DNA of 64,000 nucleotides, taken from positions 141,236,001-141,300,000 of the forward strand of contig NC_042998.1 of NCBI RefSeq assembly GCF_006345805.1, in the 5' to 3' direction. Source of the stretch: Octopus sinensis (Eukaryota). The position numbers and the translations under genes were made by a program. The first letter of the stretch is position 1. Each line of letters starts with the position of its first letter. Under the pieces are notes generated by a model. It was not told the DNA's origin, ran no database searches, and worked only from the letters and a program-made list of their open reading frames with translations. Below, in pieces: positions 53,225-64,000 of this stretch.

Positions 53225-54500
53225 GAATGTTTGTTTGCGTTTATATTTCAAGTTGTAATTCTGCGTAGAGAAACATCTTTACAAGAATGTCGTAGACTTT
53301 GTCATTCTTATTTTGTTGGGTTTTTTTTTCAAATTTGTTCTATTCCGCTCCAAACAGAAACAACAACAACAACAACAATGACAAGTACAACGAGTACAAC
53401 AGCTATAATTGTTATATATCTTCAAGCACTTTCATAGACAATGAAAAATCTTACTGATTAAAAATATAATTTATTTAGTGTAATTAGGTAAATTGCTATA
53501 GTTTTTGAGAGAAAAAAACAGTTTCTGAGGAAACAAAAATAGATGAGTAAAATCTGTGTAGGCTTTGTATTCATCTTTTATGCTTCACATGTTTCATTCA
53601 GTGGACTGCGGCCATACTAGAGCACCGCCTTCAAGGGTCAGACAAACAAACTCCAGAACTTATTTGTTTTTAACAGTCTGGTACTTAAACTGTTGGTCTT
53701 TATTGTCGAGCTCCTAACTTACAGGGACGTAGACAAAAACAGACACACACACACACATATATATACATACATGCATGCATACATACATAAATACATGCAT
53801 GCATGTATTCAGGCATGCATGCATACAAATATATAACCAAATAATAAAAGGCAACAAATCTTGTAACTACAGTTACCCAGAGTTCCCTGGCCGAAATAAT
53901 AATTTATTCCGTCATTTATCAAGCTGAAAATAAGACCGTTCGTCAGTTCTCTTTTGAGCAGATAGCGTTTAAACAAGAGACGCTATTTAAGAAAACAAGA
54001 AGAAAAACAAGGGAGGCAATCAATGTTATAACAATTCGCTGTCAAGCAGATGTAAACAAGATGTTAATGGTTTACTAAGTGTCCGATAATCTACTTTCAA
54101 ATTCCGATAAGATGTATTTTTTTAAATACGGATACACAGAAAAAATCTCGTCCTTGAATTTATGTATTCGTTGGAAGTTCTCAAGTTTTTTTAAGAGAAG
54201 CAATTTTGCAAAAGAACACACGGAACATTTTTTGAAACCCGTTAATATATGTAAGAACATAACTCTTAACTCATTCACCTACTCGTTTCGTTTCACCATC
54301 TTTGTCACAGCAACCGCAGACCAGATGTGCCTATTCACCTCCAATAATAGAGAGCAGTTGCCATATTTCATTCCATATCGCTTACCTCTATTGAGCGTGG
54401 GGTTACATAATCGGATTGTTACCTAACACTGCGTTAAACTCCTAGCGTGAAACCGATTGGTAAGATCGGCCGCAATAGATATATGATACTGTATACTTAG

Positions 54501-54535
<35 letters not shown>

Positions 54536-54743
54536 GTGAAATAGAAAGATGAATAATCTTGTAGTAGATTAATCAAAAGTTTAACCGATACCTTAGTAGC
54601 AAAAATCACAGCAGTAAACAGCACGGTTGGAGGTACAACCATCTGGCGTTGCAACCGTGCGTTGGTGCGGATAATTGAAATTAAAACATTATTGGTGAAT
54701 TGAAGAAATGGAGCTGAACGCAGATTGAACAGAAATCGTTTTA

Positions 54744-54833
54744 TTTCATTCTACACGTGTTTCGAAAGGCACAAATTACCAAAATCCGATTGAATAATGG
54801 GACCATATTGTGTCTTTCTCTTCAGGAAGAAAA
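54744..54833 (-). ncRNA. Type I hammerhead ribozyme, mirror copy in the left arm
   Basis: Exact reverse complement of 55011-55100. Confidence 0.85.
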
Positions 54834-55010
54834 AAGGAAATCCGTTGGAAAAACAAAAACAGAACAGAGGCGGAGCAAAAACCAAATCGAACTGTGCTCC
54901 TAAGAGCCCATGGCGAAACTGTTTATCAGTGTATGTTGAGAACCGGTGGCTGAAGAATTCAACGGGTCAGGCATCGGTCAATCATGTTTGTTTTTCCAAC
55001 GGATTTCCTT

Positions 55011-55100
55011 TTTTCTTCCTGAAGAGAAAGACACAATATGGTCCCATTATTCAATCGGATTTTGGTAATTTGTGCCTTTCGAAACACGTGTAGAATGAAA
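55011..55100 (+). ncRNA. Type I hammerhead ribozyme, canonical core
   Basis: TTC-CUGAAGA-GAAAG.CACAA..TTGTG.CTTTC-GAAA-CACGTG-UA-GAA; G10.1-C11.1 pair; predicted cleavage after 55092. Confidence 0.87.
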
Positions 55101-55174
55101 TAAAACGATTTCTGTTCAATCTGCGTTCAGCTCCATTTCTTCAATTCACCAATAATGTTTTATATATATATATA

Positions 55175-55247
<73 letters not shown>

Positions 55248-55486
55248 TATATACTGCGAAAATAATAAGGATAGAAACTTTAGGGAAATTTTCATATCGG
55301 TGGCTAGCATGCGTGATAAAGTCAAGAGAAACATATTTTCATATATTAATAGTGTACAAACAATTTACGTATTTATACACGAAAGAGGTGACCTTTAACA
55401 GGATACCTTACATGCAGTTAAAGCCCAAACCACGAATAAGACCAATTTCAAAGGAAATGAAAATTAAAAAAATATTTTTGTAGTTA

Positions 55487-55558
55487 CCCTCAGACTCGAG
55501 TTTCTGTATCAAATGTGCAAAATAAGTTAATTTGCCATCCGTACTTCTTCAGTGAGGG
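55487..55558 (-). ncRNA. Type I hammerhead ribozyme, mirror copy in the left arm
   Basis: Same as 55940-56010 apart from a 1-nt indel in the stem II extension. Confidence 0.85.
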
Positions 55559-55939
55559 AGATAAAATTAATGCGTATTAATGCAGCAAATAGCACCGAAA
55601 ATACACGTGCTACGTACTTATACATTATAATTTTCAAATCCACCGCGCATGCGCAGTTACATTCGGCAGCAATTAATAATAAAGAAATTATAACTGCGTT
55701 GCAGAAAGGCTTCGGAACAATGAAAATTTTACTTTTCTACATTTTCTACTCTTATTATTTTCACAGTAAAATTTTCATAGTTTCGAAGCCTTTTTGGTAC
55801 GCAGTTATAATTTTTTTATTATTATTTGCTGCCGAATGTAACAGCGCTTGCGCGATGGATTTGAAAATTATTATGTATAAGTACGTAGCACGTGTATTTT
55901 CGGTGCTATTTGCTGCATTAATACGCATTAATTTTAGCT

Positions 55940-56010
55940 CCCTCACTGAAGAAGTACGGATGGCAAATTAACTTATTTTGCACATTGATACAGAAACTCG
56001 AGTCTGAGGG
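55940..56010 (+). ncRNA. Type I hammerhead ribozyme
   Basis: CCCTCA-CUGAAGA-A-GTA..TAC-A-GAAA-CTCGAG-UC-TGAGGG; 6-bp stem I, GUC triplet, predicted cleavage after 56004. Confidence 0.87.
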
Positions 56011-56163
56011 TAACTACAAAAATATTTTTTTAATTTTCATTCCCTTTGAAATTGGTCTTATTCGTGGTTTGGGCTTTCTAGCATGTAAGGTGTCCTGTTA
56101 AAGGTCACCTCTTTCGTGTATAAATACGCAAATTATTTGAACACTATTATATCTGTATGTATA

Positions 56164-56207
<44 letters not shown>

Positions 56208-56211
56208 TATC

Positions 56212-56535
56212 TTTATTGCCCACAAGGGTCTAAACACAGAAGGGACAAACAAGGACATACAAAGGGATTAAGTCGATTACATCGACCCCAGTGCGTAACT
56301 GGTACTTATTTAATCGACCCCGAAAGTATGAAAAGCAAAATCGACCTCGGCGGAATGTGAACTCAGACCGTATATATATATATATATTATATATATATAT
56401 ATAAATGTACGACGGGCTTCCACAGTTTCTGTGTACCAAATTAACTCATGAGACATTGGTCACTCCTGGACTATAGGAGAATACACTTACACAAGGTGCT
56501 GGGCTGTGAGATTGAACCCGAAACCACGTGGTTGT
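56212..56535 (-). mobile_element. SINE family A (56212-56368, tail type 1) and SINE family B fragment (56408-56535)
   Basis: Tail TTGTGGGCAATAAAGA as in 18778-19006; B-family body. Confidence 0.75.
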
Positions 56536-56539
56536 CCTC

Positions 56540-56960
56540 CTCACTTGTCCTTACTAGGTTTATATATTTCTTTTTCATGCTGCTGTTTAGTAGATTCTGT
56601 TTGAGAGACTGTATCATATCCGAAGGCTGTTTTCATTGATCTCAAGCTTCTACCTCTTTCATCTCTTTTTAGAGCCAGTCGATATCACTGTTTGTGTGGA
56701 AGTTTCCAGTTGATGTAAAGATCTTTCAGGTTTTAATGTTTATGGAGTGGATATCCTCTACAGATCAATAAATTGCCCCAAATGTTGGAATCAACACTTA
56801 CTGCAAATGCATTGTGGCCTATTGTCTTGTAAGAGGTGTCCGGCTGTCATAGTTTTCTAAGTCTGGTATCTATCTTTATTCAAAGAGCCTCCGTGTATGT
56901 TTACGTCAATGCCTAGGTACTTGACGCATTCTTTGTGAGAAACAGAAAAGATACAGACCA
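56540..56960 (-). pseudogene. Degenerate RLE-type (R4/Dong-like) LINE fragment
   Basis: ECVKYLGID / KTIGHNAFAV / TGNFHTNSDIDWL...GRSLRSM resemble post-RT motifs of this clade. Confidence 0.55.
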
Positions 56961-57275
56961 TTGAGTATAGGTTCTCGGTTTGGGAAACTGATTTTCAACG
57001 TTCAACAATCAAATATAAATACTTCTTTTGGCTAAATACCATTTCTATGTCAGCTGAAATGTTATTAACTCTGATTGATTTTTGGCATTGTAAACATTTT
57101 TAGGACAGATCTTCAAAGAAATTATGGGTTACCTTGGTATCTTCAGTTGCAGACCCTAGCATGTAGCAATTGGATTTTTGTAACAGAAATGATAACGGAT
57201 TCAATGTCAAAATAAGCAGAATTGCAAAAATGTATATATGAATCTCCACCCCCGTCCTTCTCTCTACATAAATAT

Positions 57276-57321
<46 letters not shown>

Positions 57322-57324
<3 letters not shown>

Positions 57325-57597
57325 TGGAGGCGCAATGGATCGCGGTTTCGATTCCCAGACCGGGCGTTGTGTGTGTTTATTGAGCGAAAGCACCTAAAAA
57401 AGGTCCACGAGGCTCCGGCAGGGGGTGGTGATCCCTGCTGTACTCTTTCACCACTCTTTCTCTCACTCTTTCTTCTGTTGGCCTGCTCGCTTAGCCAGCG
57501 GGGTGGCGTCATTCGAAGGCTAAACAATGTGAAGCGCATTGTGACCAGCGATGTGTAACACCATCTGATGGTCTGGTCGGTCACGTGATCACGTGAT
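57322..57597 (+). mobile_element. tRNA-derived SINE family F' (head/body as F, different tail)
   Basis: B-box GTTTCGATTCC; shares GTGTGTGTTTAT(T)GAGCGAAA(G)CACCT...TTTCTCTCACT with 45110-45399. Confidence 0.75.
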
Positions 57598-57635
57598 ATA
57601 TATATGCATGCATATAACATATATACATATATACG

Positions 57636-57705
<70 letters not shown>

Positions 57706-58093
57706 GTGTGTGCTTATAACTATAAACAAACTTACATTTGTTTTTATTAGAAGCGTCGAAATGTGTATTGTACAAACAAGAAGATGATATTTGTTCGAAC
57801 GCAGTATCGCCTGTTCTAAAGGCATTACTGAGTTCGAAAAAATATCTTCTTATTTGTATCGTACAATATGTATATGTATATATACATACAATGCTTACAG
57901 TATGTAAATTAGAGTTATAGTGGGAAACTCTTGCATGATTATATATACATATATATATAGATATGCGATTGTATGTAGTTGCGTATGTGTGTTTAGGCCA
58001 GAAAGGCTCTGAAATGGTGCGTCCTCGAGAAAAACGAATTTAATTTTCGAAATTTGCATCTCAAAGAGAAGGTTGTCTCCTAATAATAATATT

Positions 58094-58226
58094 AAACTAG
58101 AAAAGCACTTGGAAGGCGCAGACCTCCGCCAAGCAGCTCATTTCCACCCATATACAAGCATGCTGAAAATCGCCCAATTTCCCAAACCAACGCCGGCAAA
58201 AACATAACCTCCTTGGCGGGGGTAAA
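58094..58226 (+). mobile_element. Short Helentron-associated (HINE/DINE-1-like) element
   Basis: subTIR ACCTCCGCCAAG and 3' ACCTCCTTGGCGGGGGT stem; T-rich 5' junction. Confidence 0.6.
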
Positions 58227-58489
58227 AAAAGATTAACACAGCCATATGATTTTAAAATTTCGGAGTGTTTTATTTTTAAAAAATTGCTTCTACAAAACGG
58301 AACAGTTTGATGATAGAAACCAGGTTTAAACACAATAGCTTATAGACATACTTTGAATGTAGTTTTATATAAATCTTTAATAATTTTTTTAATACTTAAG
58401 ACTATCAGAAATGTTAAGATATCAGCCTCTACCCACGTTCTCATGCTTTGATTAAAAGGTTACAGTATAGATTAGATTACTTAGATAAG

Positions 58490-58880
58490 TTTCGGCCGAA
58501 GTTGACTCAGGCCATGTTTAATTTAATAGCACTACCTGGAAGAAATACACAGTCAACTTTGGGGAACCATAGCCCATTCAAGCAGAGGGTTATTGTTTTC
58601 AGAGACATATCTGGGTGTGGGTGGTTTATCTGGTATTTGTTGGGGGTAATCATTTAGAGATCGTTTGAATGCCGTGAAGTCACTTTCCTTCTTTCTGTGT
58701 GTCGGGCACAATGTTGAAGAGAGCAGGGCCAATTGAGGTGAAATAGTTCTGTCATAGTGTTGTGATACGATACGAACATTTCTGTAGTGGACGGATAGCA
58801 CGGGGGCCAAGCTTCGGACGAATTTTAAAGATGGGCAATATTGATAGAATATTTTCCACATCATACAGATGATATAGAGC
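58490..58880 (-). pseudogene. CR1-group LINE 3' fragment
   Basis: MWKIF...FTSIGPALFNIVP...AFKRSL..YPQQIPDKPPTPRYVSENNNPLLEW. Confidence 0.65.
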
Positions 58881-58946
58881 TCACAGCGGCGGCGGAGGGA
58901 GCAAAGCCTGAGTTTTTTGAGTCGATCCCAATAGTCAAGGCTTGTC

Positions 58947-59318
58947 CGCAGACCTCCGCCTAGCAGCTCATTTTAAGATAGATACGCGAGTAAAATTACT
59001 AATAGAGAAACGAAAATAAACTTTGGAATCAGCAACACCACCATAGGTTACGTGGAAACGATGAACTTGTTTTCAAGGGAGATAATCAAAGAATGTAACA
59101 TTGTAATACTTCATGTAAAGTAAATATAACAAATGAAAAATCCTTCAAGAATCCATAAAAATTCCTGAATTACTACCAAAATTTCATCATCTGTTCCTTG
59201 TGTCATTACCAACTTTTTCAGCAAGTTTCATCAAATACCGTTTACAACTTTTGAGTTATTTTGCACACAGACGGACGAACCAACACCGATGAAAACATAA
59301 CCTCCTTCCTTGGCGGAA
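58947..59318 (+). mobile_element. HINE/DINE-1-like element, longer copy
   Basis: Same subTIR (GCAGACCTCCGCC) and 3' end (AACATAACCTCC..CTTGGCGGA); cagacggacg core. Confidence 0.6.
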
Positions 59319-59410
59319 TTTTCTACGAGAAATAACTCAACCTTTACATCGACAACTCTCCCAAATTCTGTGTCATCATCAATCAATTTATCTCTCTTGA
59401 TTATTTACCA

Positions 59411-59451
<41 letters not shown>

Positions 59452-59944
59452 GTATATGTATTATTTCTTACGCATTGCTTTCATTTTGTTTAATAATCTT
59501 TCTAATATTTACTTACATTTTATAATAAACAGCTATTTTCTTGTACCCTGTTTTCAGATTGGATTAACATCATCAAACTTTAAAGCTATGTAACCTTTTT
59601 TAAAAACATTTTGTGGAATAAATGAAATACAAACGCGGAATCAGCATTCAAAAGTATATCAATATACCAAATTAAAAAATTTTTCACCCAATTTAAAAAT
59701 TCGAAATCTCTTACAGTAATAGAAAGCATCTCTCCGTCTATATCTTCCATTTTTCGCTTTCTCGTGATAAAATTATCCGCCATCTCTATATATTTACCAC
59801 ACTCTCTCTCACTCTCTATAAAAGCATATAGCTCTCGCTGAGTGTGGGTGTGCGTGTGTATGTATGTGTGTAAGGGGCAATAGAGTGACTTAAAAACGGT
59901 ATGTAAAAGATTATTTTAACAGTATACTTTTCTGTTAGTAAATA

Positions 59945-59995
<51 letters not shown>

Positions 59996-60906
59996 CACAC
60001 ACATACTCACACACACGACTCACTTGACACGGGGTCGGGATTAAAAATTAAAATTACAAAATTTTTGGGGTTTTTTTTTGCTTAAATCCCAACAATAGAT
60101 TCCCGCATCATCATTTCATAACATGTGTTTATGAGGGGGAAATGCTTAAAAACATCAGTACATGTGACAAAGAAACAAGGAAGGTACGAGGTAGTCGTGG
60201 GAGTCATAGAAACAACAGCTAAATCTCCCTTAAATCACACACCTCTTCGTCTGAATATTATTTTAAAATTATAAACAGAATAAATTGCAGATTCGAACTA
60301 TGATTTTAAAAATCTCGAAAAAAGCTGAAATCTTAGGATTTATGGGGAGAAGGTGGTGGGGAGGGTTAATTAAAACATTTAAAAATATTTCACTATTGTT
60401 TTTAGATAGTTTTATTTTCTGCTTGAAAATAAAGGAATTGGGGATTGAAATTTTCCAATTTTTTCCTTTTCCCTTTTTTAAAAAAAATTTCAAGGCTTTT
60501 CTCATCGTTTTTAAGTGCATAGTGCAAAAATAAATTGGTCAAAATTGGAACTGAGTGTGAGAGTCAGGGTGGGCGGGTGGGTGGAAGAAATCATAAATTT
60601 TCCAAAATTATTTTTCTATTACAAAGGTGTCTCACGGAAGGAGGATTCATAAATTTTCAAAAATGTTTTTCATAAAAAGCTTCCCTTCCCCTTCATTTAC
60701 AAGGGTATAGTGAAAAAAAATTTTGAAAAATCCCGTCAAAATGTGCCCATGCATGATCGAAGTCTAATGACTGCAACAAGTAAAAGATTAAAGGTAAAAA
60801 AAAAAATGAAGAAAATCCAACTAATGTGGGTGTGCTTGTCCGAAAGTCCGTCAACGACGGGATACTCAGCGTGTGTGTGTGTGTGTGCATGTGTATGTGT
60901 GTGTGC

Positions 60907-60964
<58 letters not shown>

Positions 60965-61947
60965 CAAATACACACATACATGCATGTGTGTATACGTGAG
61001 TGTGTTTGTATGTTTGCTGGTCATGCGAGCAAGTGAATCATAGCCGGGTCTGTCTTCTGACTTTCAAGTCAAACGAGCTTTATGAGACACTGGATTTCCG
61101 CTCTTCTTGTTATAACGATTTCCCACTTATTATTATTATTATTATTATTATTATATTATTATTATTATTATTATTATTATTTTTTTTTTTTATTTATTTT
61201 TTTTAAAAAATTTTTATTACTATTATTATTATTATTATTATTATTATAAGAACAGAATACACAAATATTTATACGACATATTGTGGCATGTGTTTTATAA
61301 CAGTGAATACTTTTCTCAGTTAACCTTTCAGATCACGGCAAACGGGAGTGGCAGTCATTTTCTAGCGATGTACATTACATTGAAAGTGACTAAACGTGAC
61401 GTACTAAGGTGCCTTGTTGGACGTCAGAATAAGATACATCTGAACATAGCCTTAATGTCATGTTCAATTGATAACTTACTATATTTAAAACAGAATCAGA
61501 GTCACAGTTTTATTCATAGATTTATAACACACCATTATTTGAAAAACGAATGCGAAGGCGGAGCTATTTCAGTTACGATGAAGGTAGCAACAGCAATGAT
61601 GAAGCGCGTGGCACTATGTTTTAATCCTTTAAAATATCTACCACAGAACAAAGACCTTGACGCATTTGAATATGATGCAGTAAACAGGATTCAAAGCGAA
61701 ATTTAAAATCAGAACGTGTAAATTGCAATTGCAACACAAGCTGTAGGTGGACTAAAAAATCAATAAATGTAATGTAACAACGTATTCCCGAACAAGGTCA
61801 ACAACCAAATCGAGATATTTAAAGGAAATAGCAACAATCTATGATGAAAGCATCGAAGCAACACATGACATGACATCAACACGCAAGCAATGCAAACGGC
61901 AAGTAAATAAATATAATAAACAAAATAAGAGAAATTAAAAATAAATA

Positions 61948-62285
61948 GGCGTAGGCATGACTGTGTGGATATTGCCTGTGCGGTTAAGAAGCTCGCTTTG
62001 CAACTACGTGGTTTCGGGTTCAGTCCCACCGACGACACTCTGTCTTCCACTTTAGTTCCGGGCCGACCAGTACTTTGTGAACGAATTTAGAGACAGAAAC
62101 TGTGAGGAAACTCGGTGTGTGTGTGTGTGTGTCTACACCTCACCGATTGACAACCGACGATGGTTCATTTACGCCACTATGGTATGGTAAAAGAGACCGA
62201 TAGAATAAGTACTATGCGCGACTAAATTATTCAAGAGGGTGATCCAGTATGACTGTAGTCCAATGTTGAAAAGAAATAAATGATT
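61948..62285 (+). mobile_element. SINE family B, diverged full copy
   Basis: Head GGCGTAGGC..GGTTAAGAAG..GGGTTCAGTCCC, body and degenerate tail. Confidence 0.7.
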
Positions 62286-62312
62286 AAAAAAATATATTTT
62301 TCTCTATTTATG

Positions 62313-62483
62313 GGTACAAGGCTTGGAATTTTAGAGAAGGGCTCTGGTCGATTGTATGGAACCCAGTACTCAAATGGTACTTATTTCATTGACCGCAAAA
62401 GGATGAAAGGCAAAGTTGACCTCGGTGGAATTTGAACTGAGAACATAAGACAGGAGAAATGCTGTTAAGTATTTTGTCCTGTG
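62313..62483 (-). mobile_element. SINE family A, 5'-truncated
   Basis: Central block GAAAGGCAAAGTTGACCTCGG on +. Confidence 0.75.
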
Positions 62484-62485
62484 TG

Positions 62486-62520
<35 letters not shown>

Positions 62521-62620
62521 ATAATAATAATAATAATAATAATAATTATTATTATTATTATTATTAATTATTATTATTATTATTATTATTATTAATTAAT
62601 TAATTTATTTATTTATTAAT

Positions 62621-64000
62621 ATGAATGACCTGAAATTGTTTAGGAAATCTGAGAAACAGATAGACTCCTTAACCAAAACAGTCCAGAAGTGTGGTAGGGA
62701 CATCGGTATGGAATTTGGGATTTCCAAATGCTCAGTATTTATTATGAAAAGAGGGAAGAAAGCTGCCTGCAGAAGATTGCTGTTACCATCAGGAGAGACC
62801 ATGGGTGAACTCGACGGTAGTGGGTATAGATATTTAGGGATTTTGGAGCTGGGTGACATTCTACACAGAGAAATGAAAGTCAAGGTCAGCGAATGTATCA
62901 AAAAAGGGTGAAGATGGTGTTGAAATTCAACCCGAATGCCTAAAATTTGATTACCGTAATGAATAGCTGGGCAGTTGCGGTAGCCAGAGATAGAGCGTCC
63001 ATCCTCAAATGGACTAAGGAGGAAATATCAACACTGGATAGAAGGACGAGAATGTTGATGACACTGCATGGGGTGCTACACCCTAAAGTAAACGTACACA
63101 GACTGTATATGAAAAGAAAGTATGGTGGTAGAGGACTAATTAGCATAGACCATTGTATAAGAAGTGAAAGGAGAACATAAAGGAGAACATTTAATGAGTA
63201 TTTGATAAATAGTGATGAAGACCAACTGCAATATACCGCGAAAGATATGGATGTAAATGCAGATGAAATGATGAGCAAGGAGGAGTATAACCAAAGAGCT
63301 GAGGGAAAGAGTAAAGAAGACCTTCTTGAAATGGGAATGCATGGACAGTTTGAAAGGAATACACAGGACGTAAAGAATAATACAGCATCGTGGGCATAGC
63401 TTGAGTGAGGTGATTTGAAGCGTTCCACCGAAAGCCTGATCATTGCTGCACAAGACCAGGCTCTTGCTACCAAATCAGCGAAGTCTATAAAACTTCTAAC
63501 ACCCAGAAATGCAGACTCTGTGGAAAGAGTGTGAAAAATGTAACCCGCTTGGTAAGTGGATGTGAAAGCCTTGCACAAAAACAATACAAGCGTCACCACG
63601 ATAAAGTGTGTGTGTATCTTCATTGGCTCTTATGCTGTAAATACCAATATGAAGTATCAGAGAACTGGTATGAGCATGTACCAAGTAAAGTTATGCAGGA
63701 GGATGGAAAAGTAACTATACTCTGGGACTTTGATCTTCAGGCGGATCGTGTAATCGAACACCGTCGGCTGGATATTGTCATATTGAATAAGAGAAACAAA
63801 TACTATCAGATCACTGATGTAGCTATACCAAATGATATGAATGTTGTGAGTAAAGAGGTTGAAAAAATCACCAAGTTCTCCGAATTGAAAGTGGAAAGGG
63901 CAAGATTTTTTGGAATGCAAGAAGGTAATGTAAAAGCGATATCAGTGGTGATCGGAGCGTTGGGCACACCCCCACTGAAACTTTAAAACTTTTAAAAGCA
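62621..64000 (+). mobile_element. 5'-truncated R4/Dong-like LINE (RT C-half, zinc knuckle, RLE); may run off the window
   Basis: MNDLKLF..DIGMEFGISKC..YRYLGILE; HPKVNVHRLYMKRKYGGRGL; CRLCGK; RHHDKV; RRLDIV; TDVAIPND; VVIGALG; several stops and frameshifts. Confidence 0.88.

Larger units (their letters stand above)
54682..55162. repeat. Perfect 176-bp inverted repeat (54682-54857 / 54987-55162), 129-bp spacer
   Basis: Arms compared by eye with no mismatch found; coordinate sums equal (109844). Confidence 0.93.
55347..56149. repeat. ~387-bp imperfect inverted repeat (55347-55733 / 55765-56149), 31-bp spacer
   Basis: About 21-22 differences by manual count (~94-95% identity). Confidence 0.93.

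Noticed and set aside
54075-54430. GIY-YIG-like VCGCCDKDGETKR on -
   Set aside because: Too short, flanked by stops, no other PLE motifs recognisable.
59586-59783. ORF MADNFITRKRK as a host gene or hAT transposase N-terminus
   Set aside because: Only a weak resemblance; no domain motifs or TIRs could be confirmed.

Overview
AT-rich, microsatellite-dense animal genomic DNA. The SINE/LINE repertoire looks like a coleoid cephalopod (Octopus-like); this is an inference, not a database match. The only supported host gene is the last three coding exons of KRTCAP2 (OST subunit KCP2) on + at 684-747, 2329-2395 and 8684-8783. The rest is a transposon landscape: several tRNA-derived SINE families, a near-intact CR1 LINE (31.8-35.3 kb), RTE, CR1, Jockey/L2-like and R4/Dong (RLE) LINE fragments, a DD36E Tc1-like element, a DD34D mariner, DD37D maT deletion derivatives, a MULE fragment, pogo/hAT MITEs and Helitron/Helentron-type elements. 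The most notable signal, not visible in the ORF track, is nine type I hammerhead-ribozyme motifs of the Penelope-like-element (PLE) kind. Seven have intact cores and two are degenerate. The intact ones, and one of the degenerate ones, have a palindromic stem III. Four of them form mirrored pairs inside two adjacent long inverted repeats (54.7-56.1 kb), and most sit in inserts bounded by (TA)n. Everything was read by eye; repeat boundaries are approximate unless TSDs/TIRs are quoted.
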